Positions 20,415-30,497 are shown, counted from the first letter of the stretch. The stretch is DNA of 64,000 nt from Candidatus Bathyarchaeia archaeon (GCA_050012255.1 JBEKHN010000001.1:160001-224000), one strand, 5' to 3'. The notes: a model not told the origin generated them from the letters alone. Translations and numbers: made by a program.

Positions 20415-21122
20415 TTAAGGCTTGCGTGCTTTCTTTTTGCGGTTTAACCTTTCTACAGTTCTTGCAACGCCTTCCCAACCTTCGACAGACTTCGAATGGA
20501 CTATTTCGAAAGCTTCCTTCGAAGTCATTCCAAACAGTTCCTGGCCGGCAACTCTTCTCGTCAGGTAGGCCGCCGCGCTCAAGACTTCACCGTTAAGTCG
20601 CGAGTCCGCAAAGTCTGCTAGGTGGCAGATCAAGGCTTCAAGCGTTCGAGGCCTAATCGGGCCATATTCTCCGTGATGCGCGGACACTATGTGAATCAAT
20701 TCCAGCGGGAAACCCCTTCGAACAAGCTCTGAAGTTGCAATCAACAGGTGATCCAGATAATCCGCTAGAGGTGTTGACCCGTAACTTCCGTCCTTGTTCA
20801 CGAAGTATGTTGCCGGCTTGAAAACGTCATGCAGCAACATCCCAGCTATGACGAGGTCATGGTTCACTTTCCCATGGTAGATTTTCTCCGCAGACTCACA
20901 CATCGCTAATGCAATGTTTGTCGCTGAAACAACATGCTCTACGTAACCTCCAGGGTAGGAATGATGGCGGCTTCTCCCAGCCGGCGAGATTTCAAGAGGC
21001 ATTCCCGAGTATGTTTTGCCGTTTGCTTCGAATGTTGGTGCCTCAAGCAAAGTGAAAGTTTTCTTTCGAAGAGACTTGTCACGGATCTTGTTCACCAACT
21101 CTCTCAATTGTCGGTTCAGCAA
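20415..21122 (-). CDS. HD-domain phosphohydrolase, YhaM-like, without the N-terminal OB fold
   Basis: PAGRSRHHSYPGGYVEH, LLHDVFK, HHG, ICHLADFADS. Confidence 0.82.
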   Translation of the reverse strand: MLNRQLRELVNKIRDKSLRKKTFTLLEAPTFEANGKTYSGMPLEISPAGRSRHHSYPGGYVEHVVSATNIALAMCESAEKIYHGKVNHDLVIAGMLLHDVFKPATYFVNKDGSYGSTPLADYLDHLLIATSELVRRGFPLELIHIVSAHHGEYGPIRPRTLEALICHLADFADSRLNGEVLSAAAYLTRRVAGQELFGMTSKEAFEIVHSKSVEGWEGVARTVERLNRKKKARKP

Positions 21123-21129
21123 TTTTCAT

Positions 21130-21852
21130 TCACTCGTTACTTGTTATTGCTGAAGTGGAGATATTGGCTTTTCTTTTTTCAGCTGTGGCTATTCTGTGAG
21201 CTTGTAAGACTGGTTCTGGAACACGGTTGCAGAGTGTGCATCGCTTAACGATCTTTATGGCTGTTCCCAGTGAAATCATGTGCCCAACGCTAACGCAGAT
21301 GGGTTTGAGTCCACGCTTTGAGATGATCTGAGCACCGATTACTTCTCCCTTGTCATGTATGAAGGCGATGTCTCCTTCAACATTCGTGCGCTCAACCTCC
21401 CCAACCAAAATTCCTTTTGCAACTCCTATCGTAGGCTTCCTCATCACGAGCCCGAGATGGCTCGCAAATCCACAGCGATATGGATGAGCAAAACCATGTC
21501 CGTCGACAAGGAATATGTCAGGCTGGACACGCAGCTTTTGAATACACATGAGCGCTGGAGGGATTTCTCTGAAGGCAAGCAACGTTGGAATGTAAGGGAA
21601 ACGTGTCGGGCAGACAGCTGTTTGTGACTCTTTCAGCTTCATGGAACCAAAATCCAAAACTGCCACAGCAGCGATTGAAGCGCCTTCAACATAAGCAACG
21701 TCGACGCCTCCTATCAAACGGATTCTCTGTGGAACCTTGTCGTCAGAAATGATGTGTTCAGATAGGCGCCTCTGAGCTTCATGAGCCTTTTCTGTTGAGA
21801 ATGCGGGTTTCAGTCCGACGCGTGTCATTCTACCCTTCACAATTTGTCTCAA
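21130..21852 (-). CDS. nfi: Endonuclease V
   Basis: GVDVAY, PYIPTLLAFRE, VDGHGFAHP, GVAK, SVGH, PEP..AH. Confidence 0.93.
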   Translation of the reverse strand: MRQIVKGRMTRVGLKPAFSTEKAHEAQRRLSEHIISDDKVPQRIRLIGGVDVAYVEGASIAAVAVLDFGSMKLKESQTAVCPTRFPYIPTLLAFREIPPALMCIQKLRVQPDIFLVDGHGFAHPYRCGFASHLGLVMRKPTIGVAKGILVGEVERTNVEGDIAFIHDKGEVIGAQIISKRGLKPICVSVGHMISLGTAIKIVKRCTLCNRVPEPVLQAHRIATAEKRKANISTSAITSNE

Positions 21853-22493
21853 GTGCTTCTTCGTTTTCTCAGGCTTTTTTCGACTTGTTTCAAGTGTTCT
21901 TCAAGCATGCTTCTTCGAATTTCCTGGGTCACGTCTCCCCGTGTGATCTCAATGAGCTTTCTCGCAACATCACATTTTCTTCTCAAACCAGGAACCAGCA
22001 TGTAAGACTCGTCCATACCCATAAGTTCAATGTAGATTTCGTCCATTGTCTGCAAACAGCTTTCAGCTCTTTCAGTGTTCCCTTCACGCAAGGCGTCGAG
22101 CGCTAGGCGCCTGCACTCGCCTATGACGTCTGCTAACCCCAGGACATAATCTGCTGAGGGCACTTGGATTTCTTTAGGAGTTAAGAACTTAGATTCCTCA
22201 ACCAGCCTCAAAAAAATGTTTGCCTCAGAATACTCCTGAAGCGCAGCGCTAAACATGCCGGTGTAAATGATGTCTGGATGAACAGCCGAAGTATCCCAAA
22301 GCTTCGAAAGAGCCTCGCTTGCTCTCGCGACAAGTTTCTCGGCCTCCTCCAACCGTTTCTGATGAATCAAAAGTATCGCCTGCTTCGAAAGACTCGTCAC
22401 CTTCCTCATGTCTCCTTGAGACTTCTCGCGCAATTCGTCCCTGAGGATGAGTTCCTTTCTCACGGCACTCAAGACAGCTTTTAGGGTAGGCAT
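21849..22493 (-). CDS. Translin/TRAX (archaeal C3PO) family RNase
   Basis: ALQEYSEA, YVLGLADVIGECRR, LRRKCD motifs. Confidence 0.88.
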   Translation of the reverse strand: MPTLKAVLSAVRKELILRDELREKSQGDMRKVTSLSKQAILLIHQKRLEEAEKLVARASEALSKLWDTSAVHPDIIYTGMFSAALQEYSEANIFLRLVEESKFLTPKEIQVPSADYVLGLADVIGECRRLALDALREGNTERAESCLQTMDEIYIELMGMDESYMLVPGLRRKCDVARKLIEITRGDVTQEIRRSMLEEHLKQVEKSLRKRRST

Positions 22494-23011
22494 ACGAACA
22501 ACACCAAGTCACAGTTAACAATGCGAAAATCAGAATATAATGTTTGGTGTCGAAGGGACAATTGAAGACAAACACTCGGCTGTCACACCTCATTCAACAA
22601 TACTTGGCCCATGCGCGCAAACGTATTCCCGAATTTCTCTTTTCAGGTTGAGAGTCAGGTCGCACAGACACGCGCACGGTTTTTGTTGAATCATATTTGG
22701 ATCATATAGTGAACCGGAGGGGTAGGGCGTAAGAGCAAAAGCACACCGAAAACCCGAGAATCATTGAACTGAGTGTACGCATGTCCATAGATTCCTTTCC
22801 TGAAATATAGTAAGGCTGAGTCACGCCCTCTGAACGATGCTCCTCGTTTATCGAGGCACAATATCAGCTGCAGACGAAGCAACTCGAGAAGTACAACCCA
22901 CGTCGCAAACGAATCCAGGAATGAGAATGCGCGCCAATTTCAATTGTTCAACGTGAAATGTCACGTCCCGAAAATGGGGATAGAGAGTCCTCGTTCTCGA
23001 AGGGTTATTAT

Positions 23012-23203
23012 CTATTCGACCGCGGGCTCTTTCCACTTCTCTATCAGCAGCTTGTCGTCCCCAAGCTTGAAGGCTACTTTCACAAACACGGAGTCACAGC
23101 CCTTAAACGGGAACATGCTGTCTTCTGCTAAGTCCTTAGGCAGGTAGATCAGGTACTTACCGTCCTTCCTTCGGAACAAGCGGCCTCTTCCATCACTAAC
23201 CAT
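23012..23203 (-). CDS. Small AbrB/SpoVT-like protein (63 aa)
   Basis: GKYLIYLPKDLA..KLLIEK pattern; SD GAGGTG and an upstream TATA-like element. Confidence 0.6.
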   Translation of the reverse strand: MVSDGRGRLFRRKDGKYLIYLPKDLAEDSMFPFKGCDSVFVKVAFKLGDDKLLIEKWKEPAVE

Positions 23204-23343
23204 TTGTTAACACCTCGATTGAATTTTCAGTTCAAGGACAAGGCTAATGACTGAGGAAATATTTAAGGTTTGTTCTCACTTAATTCAAAGAAACACATTC
23301 AACCACGTAAAGGTTATTTGAACATGAATTGCTTGCAACGCGG

Positions 23344-23838
23344 TTAATCGTTGCAGAATTTTGTTGGTTTTTTACACTTGCTCAGCAGTACAACGCGGCT
23401 TTCTGGCGATTCATCGATGGGGTTGTGGCCTGTTTCGTTCGCCAACTGCGCCGAAAACCGACGTATCTCGCTGTGGCTCGGCATGGCGTCATAATCTAAT
23501 CGAAGTCTGGAGAAGCCTACGTTCATGTAAGCCTTAGCTTCAACGTAGGTCGGGTCTGCTTTTTCGATCAGTCCAGCGTATTCTTTTGGGTTTTTCATGT
23601 TTAGGCCGCGCACTGACGTTATTCGCATTACTGTTGGACATTTGAAGCTGGGCAATAGCGATAGGGTATCGTTCAGTTTTTCCCAGCCTCGCGAGATCTG
23701 GGGACGGCAAGCACGCTTGTATGTTTCTTCGTCTGGAGCATAGACAGAAATGTAAAGCTGAGTGGGCTCTTCGGTTAGTTCTGCCAAAGCGGAAGGCAGA
23801 GTTCCGTTTGAAACTAAGAATCCTGGGAAATTTAGCAA
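23344..23838 (-). pseudogene. taw1: 3' half of 4-demethylwyosine synthase Taw1/TYW1; N-terminal radical-SAM half missing
   Basis: FLVSNGT, PTQLYISV, EAKAYMNVGFSRLRL, MPSH, ESRVVLL; no CxxxCxxC and no room for it before the glyA stop. Confidence 0.8.
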
Positions 23839-23856
23839 TGCGCAAGATAAAGAGTT

Positions 23857-25059
23857 TTACTGGTCAAAACAGTATTCAACTTTCTGGAATTCGCTGCATA
23901 GTTTAGCCACGTCATTCTTGACCGCTTCTGGCGTTTCCTCATCTATGATTACTCTTCTGAGCAATTCAGCTACTCTCAACATATCAGCCTCCTTCATCCC
24001 ACGCCTTGTAACCTCGCAAGTGCCGACCCTGATGACGCAATCGACGATTATGTTTGCACGCTGGAGTTTTTCGGCGACACTTCTTGCTTTTCTTACGTCT
24101 CCATAGTCCAAGATTACCTGGTGTGATTTGGTGAAGCCAAGATGGCTGCAAACAACTGGAAAGCCAAGGTCATGCAAACTCTTGGCCAGAGTCTTTGAGT
24201 TCCGAACGACTTGTAACGCGTAGTCTTTGCCGAAAGTTCTCATCTCAGCCAGAGCCAAGGTCAGTGCAGCGATTCGATTCCAGTGAGCGTTGTCAACGAA
24301 GGCCGGGTATATTTTCTCTTTCAGGAACTCCCCAGTTTCTTTGTTCGCCAAGATTATGCCTCCTTGAGGACCAAAAAAGCTCTTGTGAGTCGATCCAAAA
24401 AGAACTTGTGCGCCTTCTCTTAAGGGGTCCTGAAACTGGTCGCCGGCGATCAATCCCAGAACGTGTGAACCGTCAAACCCTACGATTGCACCATTTTCGC
24501 GCGCAACTTCGGCCAGATCTTTGACGGGATGGGGAAAAGTGATCAAACTTGCACCGAAGATAACGGCTTTTGGCTTTACCTTAGGTATGATTTCTTGGGC
24601 CGCCTGAACTGTTATGTTCATGTCTTTCTTCGAAAACGGGAAAGGTGTCACGTTGAGCTTAAGGAGGCCTGCCAAGCCGTCTCTCCACATTCCAGGGTAC
24701 CCGCCGTCATCCGGAGAAACACAAATCAGCGTTTCATTTTGTTTCGTCAGGTTAGCTAGAACGATCAGGTCGGCAATGTGGCCTGAGAGAGGGCGTAAAT
24801 CCGCAGTTTCAGCCTTGAAGAGTTCCCTTGCAACCTTCTCACCGTACTGCTCGATTTGGTCCGTGAAACGTGTGCCCATGTAGAAACGGTCTCTTGCCGT
24901 GTAACGATGTGCAAGCTCGGATGAGAGCAGGGCTCTGACAGCAGGACTCATGACGTTCTCGGAGGGTATTAGGTTCAAGCATTGCTTTCCACGCCACTCC
25001 TCATGGCTCTGAACGAGTTCTAGAATCTCGTCGATCATGTCTAACAACTCAAAGGTCAA
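23857..25059 (-). CDS. glyA: Serine hydroxymethyltransferase
   Basis: LNLIPSEN, DGSHVLGLIAG, STHKSFFGPQGG, RVGTCEVTRRG. Confidence 0.92.
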   Translation of the reverse strand: MTFELLDMIDEILELVQSHEEWRGKQCLNLIPSENVMSPAVRALLSSELAHRYTARDRFYMGTRFTDQIEQYGEKVARELFKAETADLRPLSGHIADLIVLANLTKQNETLICVSPDDGGYPGMWRDGLAGLLKLNVTPFPFSKKDMNITVQAAQEIIPKVKPKAVIFGASLITFPHPVKDLAEVARENGAIVGFDGSHVLGLIAGDQFQDPLREGAQVLFGSTHKSFFGPQGGIILANKETGEFLKEKIYPAFVDNAHWNRIAALTLALAEMRTFGKDYALQVVRNSKTLAKSLHDLGFPVVCSHLGFTKSHQVILDYGDVRKARSVAEKLQRANIIVDCVIRVGTCEVTRRGMKEADMLRVAELLRRVIIDEETPEAVKNDVAKLCSEFQKVEYCFDQ

Positions 25060-25245
25060 GCGGTACTATCGCCTTGCGAACTTAATTCATCTTTCGGCCA
25101 ACTCTCACAATAACAGCTCAGTAATGTTTGTGCTCGAACCGTTCATGCCATGTGCAGATCGTTCAAGAGACAGAGATAAAGGTAAAGTTTAAAATGGTCT
25201 CGGTGTTAGAGTTGTTCACACGTTTCATTCAAACTGCGAGGTAAA

Positions 25246-27309
25246 ATGCTGATGAAGGCTCGACTTAAAACGATTGAACGATTGACATGTCTAGTTCTTA
25301 TATTAACATCGGGTTTGATCATCCTTTCACTCTTGCCCAAAGCAGTGGCTGGGATGTCGATGGGAATGAACCCTAATACTGGAAACGTTGGAACACTTGT
25401 AGCGATAACTGCAAACGCAACCACGGCGAACGGCAAGTACGAAGTGTATTTTGGTCAAGACCTCACCGCGAGCGGCACGTCTAGCGCAAACAGCGTAAAC
25501 GCAACATTTATTGTCCCTCAAACCACTGCAGGCAACCACACTGTTACAGTTATGGACGTTGCCACTCGCGACAACGCCACTGCAACTTTCACAGTTACGA
25601 CATTATACTCGCTTGTCATACCTGCAATGGCAAAACCGTTACAGGAAAATGACTCGATACCGATTTCTGTCAACATAACTGGCGGCGAATCAGGCAAGAC
25701 TTATGTCGCAAACATCACTGTTCAAGCTCCGACTAACACATCGTACGTGAAAATGCTTGACGTTGGAACCTCGACTTTGGGAAACGGAACTGCAACTGCA
25801 TACTATCCAAGCGATTTCTCAGCCGGCGCCAACACGAGCTTCGTGGGTGACTATACGGCATTGCTTAACACCACGGTGGGTTACCAAACTTTCTCTGTGG
25901 GTTTGACAAACTCGACCCAGTATCACAGGACTCAAACAGTGAACGTCAAGGCTGTCTATGAGCCGAACGAAAATGTCACACTCACGATAGCAGGAAACAA
26001 CATTTACGACTCCGTAAACCTGACAGATCCTTCAGGTTTGATTAACTATAACTGGACTGTGCCTGCAAACGCGTCGATAGGGAACTACACTGTCAGCGTC
26101 TTTTCGTTGTCAGGACACACAGTTAAGAACCCTGTTGACGTCCAGACATTCGCAGTGCCGGGTTTCGCAGTGAACGTCACTGCAAAGAATCTTGCCGAAG
26201 AATCCGTATCAAACGTGAATATCAACGCGCTTGAGAACGGAAACGTTGTGGACAACACAACAACTGATACAACCGGCTTGGGAACTCTGAACCTTGAGGT
26301 TGGAAACTATACGTGTGAAGCGTCCGCCCAAAACGAGAACGTCGGCGAGCTGAAGATAAAGGTTAATGATACTGCCTCGCTGGACCTTGTCTGCAACCTC
26401 ACCAACTTGAAGGTTCAAGTCTTAGCAGGTAACATAAGCATTCCTGATGCTGGAATATACTTAACGCCGCTTGGCGAGACAAAGACTACAGATCTCAATG
26501 GCACCGCCATAATTCACTCTCTGTTGCCCGATTTGACATATGGCTTGAACGTGACCCGTTACGGCACATCGTTCAACTTGACGTCGTTATCGCAACTTTT
26601 AGTGAATGGGACAGCAGTGGCGTGGGTTAACCTGACAGTCAACTGTCCCATTTTGGCGTTACAAGTAATCGCCACCAAGTCAGGCGGACAACTGTTCAAT
26701 AACACGCTAGTAAGGGTTCAAGAAGTGTCTGGTGAACCTCTTTATGAACAGTACACTGACGAAAATGGAAGTGCTACGTTTAACCCTCCTCTAGGCGTGT
26801 ACAGTGTAAGGGTGTACGACAAGAGCGGAATAATACTTAACGAAACAACTGTAACTCTGTTCCAGAACCAGAGCAAAATTGTGCATTGCGACCTCTACGA
26901 CTTGACACTCTCTGTGAAGGTTGTTGATTATTTTGGTCAGGGCATTGGAAACGTGAACGTGAAACTGCAGAGGGAAGGAGAGCCTACAAAGTCTGCACCG
27001 CCGACACAAGCGAACGGAACTGCGACGTTCAACAACGTGATTGGAGGAACCCTCGAAGTTGCCTTGTATCTGGGTGATTCAACCCAGCCAATCGTGACCC
27101 AAGGATTAACCCTCCAGAATTCAATGACGATTCAGGTCAAAATAGACAAGTACATCGTCCTAGGAGGATTGCTAGTTGAAACAAGCGAGTTCGCCACGAT
27201 ACTCGTGATCGCGTTGGCAATCATCTTCGTTCTGGCATTAGAAGTGTACAGGTTTAGACGCTTGAAGACGAAGAAAAGTGAGACTGAGAGTTCAGATAAG
27301 GAGTCTTAG
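25246..27309 (+). CDS. Membrane-anchored surface glycoprotein with Ig/carboxypeptidase-regulatory-like repeats
   Basis: N-terminal signal/TM, many NxT/S sequons, repeated TDxxG.A motifs, C-terminal TM + basic tail. Confidence 0.75.
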   Translation: MLMKARLKTIERLTCLVLILTSGLIILSLLPKAVAGMSMGMNPNTGNVGTLVAITANATTANGKYEVYFGQDLTASGTSSANSVNATFIVPQTTAGNHTVTVMDVATRDNATATFTVTTLYSLVIPAMAKPLQENDSIPISVNITGGESGKTYVANITVQAPTNTSYVKMLDVGTSTLGNGTATAYYPSDFSAGANTSFVGDYTALLNTTVGYQTFSVGLTNSTQYHRTQTVNVKAVYEPNENVTLTIAGNNIYDSVNLTDPSGLINYNWTVPANASIGNYTVSVFSLSGHTVKNPVDVQTFAVPGFAVNVTAKNLAEESVSNVNINALENGNVVDNTTTDTTGLGTLNLEVGNYTCEASAQNENVGELKIKVNDTASLDLVCNLTNLKVQVLAGNISIPDAGIYLTPLGETKTTDLNGTAIIHSLLPDLTYGLNVTRYGTSFNLTSLSQLLVNGTAVAWVNLTVNCPILALQVIATKSGGQLFNNTLVRVQEVSGEPLYEQYTDENGSATFNPPLGVYSVRVYDKSGIILNETTVTLFQNQSKIVHCDLYDLTLSVKVVDYFGQGIGNVNVKLQREGEPTKSAPPTQANGTATFNNVIGGTLEVALYLGDSTQPIVTQGLTLQNSMTIQVKIDKYIVLGGLLVETSEFATILVIALAIIFVLALEVYRFRRLKTKKSETESSDKES

Positions 27310-27402
27310 GGAAAAAAGTTTATATGAAAACTCGGTAGAAGTATTGTTGAGAGAAGCGAGACTCGCAACGGTGAAGTTTTGTTAAAGAACTGATCAAAGG
27401 TT

Positions 27403-27699
27403 GTGCATGTGTTGGCACAGGTCAAAACTTGTTCTCAAAAATGTGAAGCCTTCAAGTGTGCAAAAAACGCGACCGTGCAGCGTCAGGACGGCGTTTGGTG
27501 CAGATGGACTGAAGACGCGTGCAACGTCGCAGACTGCACCTACGCTATCTGCGTGAAAAGACGACTGCTGCCAAGAGGAATCTGCGGAGAGACCATCAAG
27601 AGGAAGACTGTTGAAAAGCATCCGGACGAGGTCATTGGACCGACGATAAAACTCCGCGGCAGAGCTCTCCGCAAGATTGGAGAAAAAGAGATCTTCTAG
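27403..27699 (+). CDS. Small Cys-rich hypothetical protein
   Basis: 8 Cys in the N-terminal part, basic C-terminus, upstream TTTATA; start may be TTG 27412. Confidence 0.7.
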   Translation: MHVLAQVKTCSQKCEAFKCAKNATVQRQDGVWCRWTEDACNVADCTYAICVKRRLLPRGICGETIKRKTVEKHPDEVIGPTIKLRGRALRKIGEKEIF

Positions 27700-27769
27700 C
27701 GGGACCAGCGATATCTTAAGCATTCAAGGCGGAGCCAGCCTCAAGTAGCTCATTTTCTCTTTTTTGTTT

Positions 27770-27937
27770 CTACTTGGCAGGAACGCGTTTGACGACCGGC
27801 GGCTTTACCTTTTTCAGAATCCTGTAGCCGCAGACGATGCATTTTATTTCTCCGCCGCGCATGTCTAACTCGTCCGATGGGACCTTTGCTCCGCATCTAA
27901 CGCATTCGTAGACTATGCCTGTGGTTGTCTTTTCCAA
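27770..27937 (-). CDS. rpo12: DNA-directed RNA polymerase subunit Rpo12 (P)
   Basis: Not in ORF track; MEKTTTGIVYECVRCGAKV..IKCIVCGYRILKKVKPPVVKRVPAK, Zn ribbon. Confidence 0.92.
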   Translation of the reverse strand: MEKTTTGIVYECVRCGAKVPSDELDMRGGEIKCIVCGYRILKKVKPPVVKRVPAK

Positions 27938-28021
27938 GCGTTTCCCTCTTCGTACTGAGGAAAGCCATTTTGCTTTTAAATGTTTCCGGCCAATGTTATC
28001 CTATCCGCGGAATGACGGGCC

Positions 28022-28897
28022 TTGAGGAAACGTTTGAGCAAAACTCTGACGGAGATTCTTTCTCCACAAGATTCTGCGTGCGTCTGTAATTCTTATGATG
28101 TTGTCGGCGACATCGCAATCGTGCGTTTGACAGAAAAATCAAGAAAGCACTCTGAAAAGATTGCAGAGGCCATCATAGCTGTTCACAAGAACGTCAAAAC
28201 CGTGTTGGCGCAGGCAAGCGCTGTTCGCGGAGAGTTTAGGCTTCGCAGCCTAGAGTATGTTGCTGGTGAAAGGAAAACGCGTACTGTTCACAGGGAGTCT
28301 GGATGCCTGTTCAGCGTTGATGTTGACAAGTGCTATTTTTCGCCGAGGCTCTTCTATGAAAGAATACGGATTGCAAGGCTGGCTGAGGAAGGGGAGACGG
28401 TTGTGAACATGTTTGCGGGCGTCGGATGTTTTTCGATAGTGATGGCAAAGCATGCTGAGGTCGAAAAGACGTATTCAATAGACATTAATCCGGACGCGGT
28501 TCAGCAGATGCGAGAAAACATCAGGGTGAACAGAGCATATAGGAGGGTTGTCCCTATGCTTGGCGACGCAAGAGAGGTTGTTGAAAAGAGACTGCGCCGT
28601 GTGGCGGACAGGGTTCTTATGCCTCTGCCTGCGAAAGCCCTTGAGTATCTTCCCTATGCTCTGCTCGCGCTCAGGGAGGAGGGGGGATGGGTGCACTATT
28701 ATGATTTTGAGCATGCCGCGAAGGACGAGGACGCTGTTGACAAGGTTAGGGTGAAAGTGTCTGAGAAACTTCTGGACATTTGCGCCTCATTCGAGATTCC
28801 ATTCGGCCGTGTCGTGAGAGCAACTGGCCCAAACTGGTACCAGATAGTCTTGGACATCAAAGCCAAGCCCAGTAACGCGTGCACATGGCTAGGTTGA
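28022..28897 (+). CDS. Trm5/Taw2 family tRNA-37 modifying SAM-dependent transferase
   Basis: YDVVGDIA, HRESGC, YFSPRL, NMFAGVG, DINP, DRVLMPLP. Confidence 0.88.
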   Translation: MRKRLSKTLTEILSPQDSACVCNSYDVVGDIAIVRLTEKSRKHSEKIAEAIIAVHKNVKTVLAQASAVRGEFRLRSLEYVAGERKTRTVHRESGCLFSVDVDKCYFSPRLFYERIRIARLAEEGETVVNMFAGVGCFSIVMAKHAEVEKTYSIDINPDAVQQMRENIRVNRAYRRVVPMLGDAREVVEKRLRRVADRVLMPLPAKALEYLPYALLALREEGGWVHYYDFEHAAKDEDAVDKVRVKVSEKLLDICASFEIPFGRVVRATGPNWYQIVLDIKAKPSNACTWLG

Positions 28898-29250
28898 GAA
28901 CATTCCCTGCTTCGCGTTTTGACCCGTCTAACACGCTTACTCCCCACCCTCCTAGGTTTTTCTCCAGACGGTACTGTTGATCTAGTCCTTAAGCTGAAGC
29001 TGGCGGGCTCGTCTTGCTTAGTCGTCTTAACCTCAAAATGGGGGGTGGAGGAACTTTGAAGGCTCGTGCACCTGACAACGTTCGGGTACGCGGGTCGCTT
29101 TTTTAGCGTTGAAAAGGAAGAGGGGCGCGTTCGCATTGGATATGAATGATTGACTACCTGAGGCGTTTCGCGGCGCGCGCTATAGACAATCACCACTTTC
29201 ATGAAAAAGCTTTAATGTTTAGGGCAAAAATAGAGTTGGGGAGTGACATT

Positions 29251-29526
29251 ATAAAAAAGAAGCTGATGGACATACTCGCGTGTCCGATTGATAAGTACTA
29301 CCCGCTTGAGCTGCATGTTTTTGAGGAGAAAGAGGAAATCGTTGAAGGCCTGATCGTGTGCCCGAAATGTTTGAGGTGGTATCCGATTCGTGATGAGATT
29401 CCGGAAATGTTGCCCGACGAGTTGCGGAAAGAGAAGGAAGACTTGCCTTTCTTGAAGAAGTGGAAGGAGAAGGTTCCGGGGAAGATTCTTTCAGAGGGAA
29501 GACCCTTCAACCTCGGGAAAAGCTAG
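29251..29526 (+). CDS. Trm112-like methyltransferase activator
   Basis: LMDILACPIDK, CPKCLRWYPIRDEIPEML; start uncertain (ATA after GGGGAGTGA). Confidence 0.85.
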   Translation: MKKKLMDILACPIDKYYPLELHVFEEKEEIVEGLIVCPKCLRWYPIRDEIPEMLPDELRKEKEDLPFLKKWKEKVPGKILSEGRPFNLGKS

Positions 29527-29540
29527 CGTCGGACACGCTT

Positions 29541-30497
29541 CTACTTGAGCTTGATTATTCTGCCTGTTGCTGAAGACTTCAGAGCTGCCTCAGCTATTCT
29601 GAGGGCTCGCAGGCCGTCTAATCCTGTGACCAGAGGTTTCTCCTTTTCCAGAACGCAGTTTGCAAAGTGGCGGAGCTCAAGCTTCAGCGGTTCTTGCATT
29701 GGGTATCTCGGCTGCAGTGTTTCCTTGGCATCCTCGATCCTTAGCTCCTGTGTGATGTAGTCAAGGTTCATTATGGCCTCGCTTCCCGTGGCGATGAGTA
29801 TCCTGGTCTTGTATGGCGTAAGCCAGTTGGATTCGATAAAAGCAGTCTTCTCACCCTCAAATGTGAGCATTATCTGCGCGTAGTCCTCAAACTTCCCTTG
29901 CCTCATGCTTCCGGTTTTCGCGTAAACGGCGATGGGATCCTTGTTGAAGAGGTACAGCATCACGTCGATATCATGGATCGCTGTGTCCTTGACCACGCCC
30001 ACGTCGCCGAGACGCTCAGGCCACTGAGAAACTCTCTTCGCCGTGGCGCACACGAGTTCACCGATTGTCTTGTCCTCAACCGCCTTCTTGATGTGCTGAA
30101 GCCCAGGGATAAACCGCATCAAGAAGCCAACACTTACGTGCACTCGCTTTTTTTTCGCCGCTTCAAGAAGTTTTTCAGCTTGCCTAACGTTTGCAGCCAT
30201 GGGCTTCTCCACTAGAACATGTTTTCCAGCTTTTACAGCCTCGGTCGCCACCTTTGCAAGACTCGTTGACCACGTTGCCACGCTGATAGCTTCGATGTTT
30301 CTGTCCTGAAGCATCTTTCGAAAGCTCGTGTAAGGTTTTGCCCCAAACTGGGCGGCTGCGCTTCTAGCCCTTTCAGCGTCTATGTCGCACACGGCCAGAA
30401 GCTCTGTCTCTTGCAGTTCCTTGTAGACTCTGGCGTGGTTCTTCCCCCAGAAACCAGTCCCGACGACTGCTACGCCCAGTTTTTTCATTTTGTCCAC
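29541..30497 (-). CDS. Gfo/Idh/MocA oxidoreductase (UDP-sugar 3-dehydrogenase-like)
   Basis: GTGFWG, HVLVEKPM, DTAIHDID. Confidence 0.9.
   Translation of the reverse strand: MDKMKKLGVAVVGTGFWGKNHARVYKELQETELLAVCDIDAERARSAAAQFGAKPYTSFRKMLQDRNIEAISVATWSTSLAKVATEAVKAGKHVLVEKPMAANVRQAEKLLEAAKKKRVHVSVGFLMRFIPGLQHIKKAVEDKTIGELVCATAKRVSQWPERLGDVGVVKDTAIHDIDVMLYLFNKDPIAVYAKTGSMRQGKFEDYAQIMLTFEGEKTAFIESNWLTPYKTRILIATGSEAIMNLDYITQELRIEDAKETLQPRYPMQEPLKLELRHFANCVLEKEKPLVTGLDGLRALRIAEAALKSSATGRIIKLK

Noticed and set aside
22691-23036. Short minus-strand ORFs of 62-63 aa
   Set aside because: No SD or recognisable motif; probably spurious or decayed
29056-29180. Possible truncated gene before the GC run at 29173
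   Set aside because: In-frame stop after 16 codons and no recognisable homology
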